The translations under genes were made by a program, and so were the position numbers. Below the pieces are notes generated by a model, which saw only the letters and a list, made by a program, of their open reading frames with translations, was not told the origin of the DNA and searched no databases. DNA of 57,621 nucleotides from NCBI GenBank assembly GCA_001000545.1, contig LCOC01000004.1, positions 1 to 57,621 of the forward strand, in the 5' to 3' direction. The stretch is from Parcubacteria group bacterium GW2011_GWA2_47_21 (GTDB lineage Bacteria; Patescibacteriota; Minisyncoccia; Phycocordibacterales; DSPV01). Numbering within the stretch: position 1 is the first letter of the stretch; each line of letters starts with the position of its first letter. This document shows positions 26,233 through 35,702 of this stretch, one piece after another.

Positions 26233-27635
26233 AAACGATTTTTATCGCCATTTTAAACGGGGTGGAGGGCAAAAATATTCTCCGTTCCGCGGTGTATAAG
26301 ACCTTGAAGGCGAAAGGGGACTGGCGCATCGTCTTGCTTTTCCGAAGCAAAACGCTGGCTTCCGTCTACGAAGCGGAATTCAAAACCCCCGGCACTTTTT
26401 TTGAGCTCCTGCCGCCTATTAAAAAATTGCTCCCGGAGAGAATTTTCTCCCGCCTGAAACTTTATCTGCTCCGCAGTAAGACCACGGACTTGCACCGGCA
26501 GACCCACCTGGAAGAAACCGGCAATTACCCGATTTATTTTTTAAGTTTATCATTCAACAGAATTTTCGGCCGGGCGTTTGTTCGCCGCGCGGTTCGTTTT
26601 TTGGACGAGCGGCTAATTCGCCAAAATAATCTCACTCCGCTTTTTGAAAAATATCGGCCCAACCTGGTCTTTCTCGCCGACCTCTTTAATGATTTGGAAG
26701 CGGCCATTCTTCGGGAGGCCAAGCGGCAAAAGATTCCCTCCGTCGGCTTGGTGAACACTTGGGACAGAATTACCACCCGCTGGCTGATTAGGATTCTTCC
26801 CGACTATTTTATTGCGTTCAATGAGATAGTAAAGGCGGAGCTCGCGGAGTATGACGATTTTCCTCTTGATAAAATTTATGTTTCCGGCACGGTTCAGCAC
26901 GACCATTTGGTCAGCGGCGAGTTTAGCAGTCGGGAAGAATTCTGCCGCCGTCTTGGCATTGATTCAGCGAGTAAGATTTTGGTCTACGCGCCTCTCGGGA
27001 AGTTTTTTGACCAATCAAGGCCGGAGCTTGATAAATGGCTGGTTCGGATTTTAAGCGAACGGGCGACGGAAGGGAAATTCGGGCAAGAGAAACTCACGAT
27101 TTTAGTCCGATTCCATCCCAACGACCTGGTTGATTTGGGCGAGTGGCCGAATTTGCCGAATGTCGTCTACAGCCGGCCGGGGCTTAAGTTTACTTCCGCT
27201 CTTTCGGATAAAGTGTTTAGTCGGACAAGGGGGCAGAATTGGGACTTGACCTTTGAGGACCTGACGCTCCTTCGCGACACTCTTTATCAAAGTGCCCTAG
27301 TCATTTGCTATTACACCTCTTTTTCCATTGATGCGGCGGTTTTAGACAAGCCGGTTATCAATGTGAATTTTGGCGTGAAAGACGGGCAAATTACTAAGAC
27401 CCCCCATTCTTATTACGCGTCCGTTCATTATCAAAAAGCCGCCCGGACCGGCGGCATCAAGTTGGCGGCCGACGAAGAAGAATTTTTCGCCGCCATCACA
27501 AATTATCTTGCCAATCCCGCTCTTGATAGGGAAAAAAGACGGCAATTGGTTTCGGAGCAATGTTTCAAACTAGACGGCCATTCCGGCGAGAGAGTGGCGG
27601 AGTATCTTCTAAAATTTCTAAATCCTAAATCCTAG
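26229..27635 (+). CDS. GT-B-like putative glycosyl/glycerophospho-transferase, SWD-motif family, paralog 5
   Basis: LVNTWDRITTRW, SGTVQHDHL, ILVRFHPNDL, YYTSFSIDAAVLDKPVINVNFG, LANPALDREKRRQLVSEQCFKLDGHSGERV. ATGA overlap with the ABC exporter stop. Confidence 0.55.
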   Translation: MKTIFIAILNGVEGKNILRSAVYKTLKAKGDWRIVLLFRSKTLASVYEAEFKTPGTFFELLPPIKKLLPERIFSRLKLYLLRSKTTDLHRQTHLEETGNYPIYFLSLSFNRIFGRAFVRRAVRFLDERLIRQNNLTPLFEKYRPNLVFLADLFNDLEAAILREAKRQKIPSVGLVNTWDRITTRWLIRILPDYFIAFNEIVKAELAEYDDFPLDKIYVSGTVQHDHLVSGEFSSREEFCRRLGIDSASKILVYAPLGKFFDQSRPELDKWLVRILSERATEGKFGQEKLTILVRFHPNDLVDLGEWPNLPNVVYSRPGLKFTSALSDKVFSRTRGQNWDLTFEDLTLLRDTLYQSALVICYYTSFSIDAAVLDKPVINVNFGVKDGQITKTPHSYYASVHYQKAARTGGIKLAADEEEFFAAITNYLANPALDREKRRQLVSEQCFKLDGHSGERVAEYLLKFLNPKS

Positions 27636-27755
27636 TTTCTATAAATTAGTATCATTCGTATGAATTAGTAGATTGGCATCGCTACACTTTGAAACGTCTT
27701 GACATCACTGGGAGTTTAATATAGCGTATCGGCCTATACGGTACAGTTTTTAACT

Positions 27756-29297
27756 ATGGTTTTAGGCAGAAAAACCTTTGATTTCAACAATCTTTTCACC
27801 TTTGAGATGGCCAATAACCACCAGGGGCAGGTTTCGCATGGCCGGCGGATTATTCAGGAAATGGCGGCGGTGGCCAAAGAGTTTGGACTCAAAGCGGCGG
27901 TGAAATTACAGCTTCGCGATTTAGATACTTTCATCCACCCCGCTTACAAAGAACGGCAGGACTTAAAACACATTCCTCGTTTTATTGCCACGCGGCTTTC
28001 CCGCGATGAATTTTCTTATTTAGTGGAAGAGACGAAACGCGCGGGGCTTATCACTATGGCAACGCCTTTTGATGAAGCGTCAGTGGATTTTTTAAGCAAT
28101 CTGGGCGTGGAGCTCGTCAAAGTTGCGAGCTGTTCGGCGAAGGATTGGCCCTTACTTCAAAAAATCGCCGAGGCCGGCAAGCCAGTCATCATCTCGGTGG
28201 GCGGCCTTACTTTGAAGGAGGTAGACAATGTAGTGAGTTTCTTTGAGCATAGGGGCGTTGATTTCGCGCTGATGCATTGCGTCGCCGTGTATCCCACTCC
28301 GCCGGAGGATATGTTTATTCGCCAGATTGAAATTTTTAAGAATCGCTACCCGCATTTAACTGTTGGTTTTTCTACCCACGAACCGCCCGAAGATACTCTG
28401 ATGGCCGGTTTGGCCTACGCCAAGGGCGCTCGGATTTTTGAAAAACATGTCGGCCTGCCCACCGAGACCGTAAAGTTAAACGCCTACTCTGCCAATCCGG
28501 AGCAGATTAGAAATTGGGTCGGGGCGCTTAAAAGAGCGGAAGCGGCTTGCGGCGAGCATTTGCCGGAGCGGCTCATCTCCCTTAAGGAGCAGGAGGACTT
28601 GAAGTCCTTGGAACGGGCGGTGTTTACCAAAGGAGCGCTTCGCAAGGGACAGACCATCAGGCGCGATGATGTCTTCTTCGCGATGCCCACTCTTTCAGAC
28701 GAGAATCTGCGGAGCGGCGAGTTTCGCGAAGGACTTCTTACAGAGCGCGATTATGCCCCGGGCGAAGCGATTTCTCGCGCCGTTCTGCCAAAGGAATTTA
28801 AGACGAAGGAAGTCATATATGCCACGGTTCATAAAGTCAAGGGAATGCTTAATTTGGCAAAAATCCCCCTGTCTCACGAATTTGCCGTGGAGATTTCGCA
28901 TCACTACGGCTTGGAAAAATTCCACGAAGTGGGCTGTGTTATCATTGACTGCTTCAATCGCGAGTATGCCAAGAAATTGGTGATTCAACTGCCCGGCCAA
29001 TTTCATCCGACTCACTACCACAAACAAAAAGATGAGACCTTCCAAGTGCTTTGGGGTTCAATGGAAGTGGAAATAGAAGGCCAAAGAAGGGTTATGCGCC
29101 CGGGCGAAGTCGTTTGGGTGCCAAGAGGCGTATGGCATGGCTTCAAAACCGACACCGGCGTGATTTTTGAAGAGGTTTCAACGACGGCCAAGGAAACCGC
29201 CGGCGATTCTTTCTATGTTGATAAAGAAATTTCCAAGAAATCCAGAGAAGACAGGAAGACCAAACTTATGAATTGGGGGAGGCACCAGTTTGACTGA
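27756..29297 (+). CDS. NeuB-family ulosonic (sialic-acid-type) synthase with SAF domain fused to a C-terminal D-lyxose/D-mannose-isomerase-like cupin
   Basis: FEMANNHQG, VKVASCSA, HCVAVYPTP and FSTHE are NeuB TIM-barrel blocks. A SAF-like segment follows (KGQTIRRDDVFFAMP). An extra ~150 aa carries cupin motifs HPTHYHKQKDETFQVLWG and VWVPRGVWHGF. Confidence 0.75.
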   Translation: MVLGRKTFDFNNLFTFEMANNHQGQVSHGRRIIQEMAAVAKEFGLKAAVKLQLRDLDTFIHPAYKERQDLKHIPRFIATRLSRDEFSYLVEETKRAGLITMATPFDEASVDFLSNLGVELVKVASCSAKDWPLLQKIAEAGKPVIISVGGLTLKEVDNVVSFFEHRGVDFALMHCVAVYPTPPEDMFIRQIEIFKNRYPHLTVGFSTHEPPEDTLMAGLAYAKGARIFEKHVGLPTETVKLNAYSANPEQIRNWVGALKRAEAACGEHLPERLISLKEQEDLKSLERAVFTKGALRKGQTIRRDDVFFAMPTLSDENLRSGEFREGLLTERDYAPGEAISRAVLPKEFKTKEVIYATVHKVKGMLNLAKIPLSHEFAVEISHHYGLEKFHEVGCVIIDCFNREYAKKLVIQLPGQFHPTHYHKQKDETFQVLWGSMEVEIEGQRRVMRPGEVVWVPRGVWHGFKTDTGVIFEEVSTTAKETAGDSFYVDKEISKKSREDRKTKLMNWGRHQFD

Positions 29298-29456
29298 TTC
29301 AAATATTGCCTTTGTCATACAAACTTTGGTGTGGATAACTTCATCGCACCAAATATAAGTATATGTTCTAATATTAGGGACATAAATTCCATCCCCCCTG
29401 TCATTTTAGTCCAATGTCAAAGGCGGGAGGGGTTTTATTATTTCTAATGTTAAGCG

Positions 29457-30422
29457 ATGAAGATAGATTTCAAGTTGATGCGCGATAATCTCCGCGCTTT
29501 TTTAACTGCTGTTATCAGCGGAATCTTGTTTATCGGTATGTCAGTTTTTGCCGCTACAACCATCAGTACTAGCATACAAACGGACGGAACTCTCTCTGTT
29601 ACAGGTGCTGCGGTGAATTATGGAGATTTGACTACCGGAGGCGATCTCTATGTAAATGGCGCAGATTTCAGCTTGGGTACCGGTAGCGCGACAACCACAC
29701 TCACCGTATCGTCTGCTCGTCTCGGTGTTGCCTCCACAACCCCGTGGGGTCTTTTCTCTATAGAGTCCGACAATAGCAGTGTTGGTATCAATCCGATTTT
29801 TGTCGTTGGTGATCAAGGAACCTCAACACCGCTTTTTATTATATCGGGCAATGACGGGCGAGTGGGGGTTGGCACATCGTCTCCGGGCGTCAGGCTTGGG
29901 GTTGCCGGGGACATTAATGCGAATATTGTTTATGGCGACACCCTTGTTGCCACTTCAACAACGGCCACTTCTACGCTGAAGGGCGGTTTAACGGTAGATA
30001 CGAGCACGCTTGTTGTGGACTTTTCTTCCAATAGTGTTGGCGTCTCGTCATCGTCACCGTTCGTTGCTCTCGGTGTTACTGGCACAACCACATCAAGCTG
30101 GGGGGCAATTCTCGGGCTGAACGGCGCTCCGATTAACCAGTTGCGTTTCGGCACATGCACTTACAATCCGGCCGTTTCCCTCGCGGCAAGTTCCACGCTA
30201 AGCACAAACTGCACTGGGGCGACGGGAGTAAACACATCGGACCGTGTCTTTGTAACGCCAGTATCACTTGAGATAGGGTTGATAATGACAAGCGCTTCTT
30301 CCACAGCAGATAATGTTATACAAGTGAGCGTTATGAATACCGGAAATAGAGAACCATCAGCCGGATACGGTACTGCGGTGACACCCGCATCTGCCACTTG
30401 GTTTTGGATGGCTATCAGATAA
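29457..30422 (+). CDS. secreted/anchored Ser/Thr/Gly-rich fibre-repeat surface protein
   Basis: N-terminal hydrophobic helix (LTAVISGILFIGMSVFAATT). Repeated modules RLGVASTTPWGLFSIES, RVGVGTSSPGVRLGVAG and GGLTVDTSTLVVDFSSNSVGVSSSSPFVALGVTG are homologous to modules in the 55534.. protein. Confidence 0.6.
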   Translation: MKIDFKLMRDNLRAFLTAVISGILFIGMSVFAATTISTSIQTDGTLSVTGAAVNYGDLTTGGDLYVNGADFSLGTGSATTTLTVSSARLGVASTTPWGLFSIESDNSSVGINPIFVVGDQGTSTPLFIISGNDGRVGVGTSSPGVRLGVAGDINANIVYGDTLVATSTTATSTLKGGLTVDTSTLVVDFSSNSVGVSSSSPFVALGVTGTTTSSWGAILGLNGAPINQLRFGTCTYNPAVSLAASSTLSTNCTGATGVNTSDRVFVTPVSLEIGLIMTSASSTADNVIQVSVMNTGNREPSAGYGTAVTPASATWFWMAIR

Positions 30423-30458
30423 TTTTCTTTTTTCCTGCAACCTATAAAGATAATCTAT

Positions 30459-31544
30459 ATGATGAAGCTTAAAAGTTTTTTTACGTTTCTTGCTGTTTTA
30501 CTTGGTTTGCTTCCGGCAATGATACTGTCTGCCGCTTATAATGATGTTTCCTTGACAACCGACGCTCGCATTACTGTCGGCAGTGAGACGCTTACTGTGT
30601 CGGGTTCAACCGCGAGTGTTGCGTCCATAGTCGTCACCGCAAATAATTTTCAGGTTGCTCTCCAACCCGGTTCCTCAATAACAATTACTTCTAACAGTGC
30701 CACCGACCTCAATTATTCCACGGGCGGGGCGAGTGTTGAAGCCACGGTAACCTGTTCCAGCTCATCCTCTTCACTAGCTCTTTCAAGTCCCGTACTTGCA
30801 ACTACCGTTACTGTGACACTTGGGGGAACGTGCACGCCAGCGTCTTCCAGTTCAAACCCGGTCGGTGGCGGTATCATTTCGTCGGGCGGTGGCGGGTTGT
30901 CTATCCCTCCCGTTGCACCAACCCCAGCTAAAATTCAAGCGACAATTCCGCCGATGGCTAGCGGACCAGCAATTTCGGCGGTTTTTACCAAAACTCTTTC
31001 ATTTGGCTCCCGAGGCAGTGATGTCACTCGTTTGCAGACACTTTTATCCGGCGATTCATCGATTTACCCCGAAGGAACAGTTAGCAGTTATTTTGGTCCA
31101 GCCACTAAGCGAGCCGTTGGTCGTTTTCAAGAAAAGTACGGAATCGCTAAACCAGGCGAGTCGGGTTATGGCACAGTTGGGCCGAAAACAGGAGCGAAGC
31201 TGGCTGAGACATTCGGAGGTATTTCCGGGACTGCCGGTGAAGAAAATGCACCAGCTAAGGAATTACCTTTGCCCGTCGGTATTTTTACGAAACCTTTGCG
31301 CCTCGGCGTCATCAATCCAGAGGTGAAATTACTTCAAGTTACTCTTAATCTGGATTCCGCCACTCGTTTGATTGAATCGGGAGTTGGTTCACATGGTAAT
31401 GAGTCAGATTATTTTGGCGCGCTTACTGAAAAAGCGGTTCAGAGATTTCAGGAGAAATATGGAATCGCTAAACCGGGCGAGTCGGGTTATGGCACAGTTG
31501 GGCCGAAAACAAGAGCCCAGTTGAATAAGATAATTGGAAGATAA
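30459..31544 (+). CDS. secreted protein with Ser/Thr-rich beta region and two peptidoglycan-binding (PG_binding_1-like) domains
   Basis: Signal peptide MMKLKSFFTFLAVLLGLLPAMILSAA. It has two copies of ...A[VT][GQ]RFQEKYGIAKPGESGYGTVGPKT.... Confidence 0.65.
   Translation: MMKLKSFFTFLAVLLGLLPAMILSAAYNDVSLTTDARITVGSETLTVSGSTASVASIVVTANNFQVALQPGSSITITSNSATDLNYSTGGASVEATVTCSSSSSSLALSSPVLATTVTVTLGGTCTPASSSSNPVGGGIISSGGGGLSIPPVAPTPAKIQATIPPMASGPAISAVFTKTLSFGSRGSDVTRLQTLLSGDSSIYPEGTVSSYFGPATKRAVGRFQEKYGIAKPGESGYGTVGPKTGAKLAETFGGISGTAGEENAPAKELPLPVGIFTKPLRLGVINPEVKLLQVTLNLDSATRLIESGVGSHGNESDYFGALTEKAVQRFQEKYGIAKPGESGYGTVGPKTRAQLNKIIGR
31140..31190 (+). repeat. 51-nt direct repeat, copy 1 (inside PG-binding domain 1)
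   Basis: ggaatcgctaaaccaggcgagtcgggttatggcacagttgggccgaaaaca. It differs from the copy at 31461-31511 by one base and the two copies are spaced 321 nt apart (in frame). Confidence 0.85.
31461..31511 (+). repeat. 51-nt direct repeat, copy 2 (inside PG-binding domain 2)
   Basis: ggaatcgctaaaccgggcgagtcgggttatggcacagttgggccgaaaaca. Confidence 0.85.
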
Positions 31545-31612
31545 TCCTTTTTACTCGCTTATTACCACCCGCACACCTTGTGTTCCGTGTTTATCTTCTT
31601 TAGCATCTACAC

Positions 31613-32269
31613 GTGCTATATGAAATAACCAGTATCCTAAAGGGCAAAAGTTTGCTTCGCACCCTTATGAATGCCGAGGCGGCGAATTTTTCTTTGAGCG
31701 GTAAAGTATTGGATATCGGCGGCGGCCAAGGGCCAAGCTACTTGGAATTTTTTAAAAAGGGAGAGTATTTTCAATATGAGAGTTTGGATATTAGCCATGA
31801 AGCGGGGCATATCGGCCGCAGGAGAATTGATATTGAAAAAGAGAAATTACCGTATGGAGACGCTGTCGCAGATTCGGTCTTGATGTTTAACATCCTTGAG
31901 CATATTTACAACTATCGCCACGTGGTTGCCGAAGCAAGGCGGGCTTTGAAAGCCGATGGGCGACTCTTTGGCTTTGTGCCGTTTCTTTTAAATTATCACC
32001 CCGACCCACACGATTATTTCCGCTATACAAACGAATCGCTCCAAAAGATTTTTACAGAGGCCGGTTTTAAAAATATTTCCATAAAACTAATCGGCAAGGG
32101 GCCATTTTTCGTTAACTTCAATAATCTTCTTGGCATAGCCCGACCTCTTCGTTTTCTCCTCGCCCTACTTTTTCCACTGTATTATCTAGCCGACTACATT
32201 TTCCTTAAACTCCGCCCCTCTGCCCGCGACCGCTACCCCCTCGGCTACTTTTTTGTTGTGAAGATTTAA
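31613..32269 (+). CDS. class I SAM-dependent methyltransferase (Methyltransf_11-like)
   Basis: VLDIGGGQGPSYLEF (motif I) and VLMFNILEHIYN. The start is uncertain (GTG 31613 or ATG 31667). Confidence 0.7.
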   Translation: MLYEITSILKGKSLLRTLMNAEAANFSLSGKVLDIGGGQGPSYLEFFKKGEYFQYESLDISHEAGHIGRRRIDIEKEKLPYGDAVADSVLMFNILEHIYNYRHVVAEARRALKADGRLFGFVPFLLNYHPDPHDYFRYTNESLQKIFTEAGFKNISIKLIGKGPFFVNFNNLLGIARPLRFLLALLFPLYYLADYIFLKLRPSARDRYPLGYFFVVKI

Positions 32270-32285
32270 AATTTAAGTTTAATAA

Positions 32286-32412
32286 TCCTCCCTCGGGTGT
32301 CAACCTGCCAGGTTGAGGCGCGAATACTTGGAGTGCCGAAAGACCTTTTGAGCTGTTTTGTGAGCGAAGCGAAACAAAAGAGCCAAAAGGTATACTGCTC
32401 CTGTAAGGAGGA
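32286..32412. other. structured non-coding segment (candidate RNA element)
   Basis: tcctcc (32286-32291) can pair with ggagga (32407-32412). This encloses a 6-7 bp hairpin (32300-32316) and a 49-nt near-perfect hairpin (32343-32391: accttttg...caaaaggt). Confidence 0.3.
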
Positions 32413-32573
32413 CATATTTTTATGTCTTAAAATAAAGACATATCGTGTCACCATAATCCTGTATATTAATCAAACATTGACGGCTTGACACGATTAGCGT
32501 TACTGGTAATCTGCTCCTCCAGAGTTAGGTTCAGTTAAGTACAAAACAGCAACTACAAATCCGGAGGTTCTAG

Positions 32574-33257
32574 ATGATACCCAAAGCGATTGTTTTTGAT
32601 TTTGACGGCGTTTTGACGGTTGGCGGCGAGGGATTGAAACAGCAGGCGTGGGATATTCTAGCGTTGCCCTGGCATGAAGCCAGTGTTGCCAGATTATCGG
32701 CTAAACGGCAGAAAATTTCTGGCGGGAAAAGGTCTCGCTACGATATTCTGGAAGAGACATTTATGGCGTTTGGAGGAAGTGAGGTGGATATTCTCACGGC
32801 CGCTTACGCCGACTGTTACAACTCCATTGTTCAGCAACTTCTGGAAAAAAGCGGCATGCCGGAAGGCACCGTTGAGGTTTTGGAAGAACTATCCAAACTC
32901 TGCCCGCTTTTCGTGAATTCCGCTACGCCGGAGAAGGCGGTGGAGGAAAGTGTTGTTAAGTTTGGCGTCAGGAAATATTTTACTGGAGTGTACGGACAAC
33001 CAACCGGTAAGGTGGACAATCTGAAACGCGTGCTCGCGGTTGCCAACCAGTTGCCGGGTCCTCTGGATGTGCTACCGCGCTCAATCGTCTTTGTGGGCGA
33101 TGGCAACAATGACCGCAAGGCGGCGGAGGAATTCGGCTGTCGTTTCATCGGAATCGCTAACGATTGGAATAAATGGGGAATTGGTGAGGCACCGGATTTT
33201 CCTGTTGTAGCCGATATCCGGTCTGTGCCGGATATTGTTGAGACCTTTCGCGATTGA
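32574..33257 (+). CDS. HAD-superfamily phosphatase
   Basis: Motif I IVFDFDGVLT and motif IV VGDGNNDRKAAE. A GGAGG RBS lies 8 nt upstream. Confidence 0.8.
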   Translation: MIPKAIVFDFDGVLTVGGEGLKQQAWDILALPWHEASVARLSAKRQKISGGKRSRYDILEETFMAFGGSEVDILTAAYADCYNSIVQQLLEKSGMPEGTVEVLEELSKLCPLFVNSATPEKAVEESVVKFGVRKYFTGVYGQPTGKVDNLKRVLAVANQLPGPLDVLPRSIVFVGDGNNDRKAAEEFGCRFIGIANDWNKWGIGEAPDFPVVADIRSVPDIVETFRD

Positions 33258-33297
33258 GCAGACTCTTGAGTTTTTTCAATGAAATTATGATTTTTTC

Positions 33298-33329
33298 CAA
33301 ACCGCCGCTTTATTGTGCGACGGTTTTTT
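33298..33329 (+). terminator. rho-independent terminator candidate
   Basis: accgccgc (33301-33308) pairs with gcgacggt (33317-33324) with one mismatch, followed by a T-run. Confidence 0.5.
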
Positions 33330-33369
33330 CTTTGTTATGATTTGCCAGTCAATATTGTTCTAAATTTGT

Positions 33370-35090
<1,721 letters not shown>

Positions 35091-35170
35091 GCAGAAATAT
35101 ATTCTGATGTTCTTGAGAACACTAGAATATACCAAGCTTATATTTAGTTGTTGGAGTTTTTTTATTGAGT

Positions 35171-35699
35171 ATGACAACCACCTTTTATTTAATCAGACAC
35201 GCGGAAAGCCTTGCCAAGGAAAAAGGTATTGTCCAAGGCGCTGGCCTTTCGCAGTCAGGCAGTTAGAGCCATTGAGACCGCAAAGCCAGTCCGGGCGCTT
35301 TTTCCCGACACGCCATACTCGGAACATGCCGAGCTTAATGAGCGGTCAAAAGGCGAGGCCGAAGGGATGACAAAGGAAGAATTTAAACGGCGCTATCCGG
35401 AGATTCAGGCGGCGTGGGCGAGAGAAGAGGACCCGCGCGTGTCGGGCGGCGAGAGTTTCGCTGATGTTGAAAAACGAGTCATGCCATTTTTGGAGAAACT
35501 TGCGAGCGAACAAACGGGCAAGCGTTTGCTTTTAATTTTTCACGGTAATGTCATTCGGGTAATTCTCGGGGCGATTCTTGGCGCGCCCGCCAATTTTCGG
35601 CACAGGATTAAACAAGATTACTGCGCGCTGAATGTAATTGAGTATGATGACGCCGATTGCCGTAGGTCTATTCTTAAAGTTAATGAAACCCTCCTCTGA
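35171..35699 (+). pseudogene. histidine-phosphatase (phosphoglycerate-mutase-like) family gene, frameshifted
   Basis: MTTTFYLIRHAESLAKEKGIVQGAGLSQSGS stops at 35264-35266. The continuation QAVRAIETAK...LLLIFHGNVIRVILGAIL lies in the +1 frame (ORF-track 35211..35699). Confidence 0.55.
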
Positions 35700-35702
35700 A
35701 AT

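Noticed and set aside
30820-31326. 168-aa alternative-frame ORF inside the PG-binding protein gene.
   Set aside because: The other frame encodes a signal peptide and two recognisable PG-binding domains. This frame is Arg-rich and has no features.
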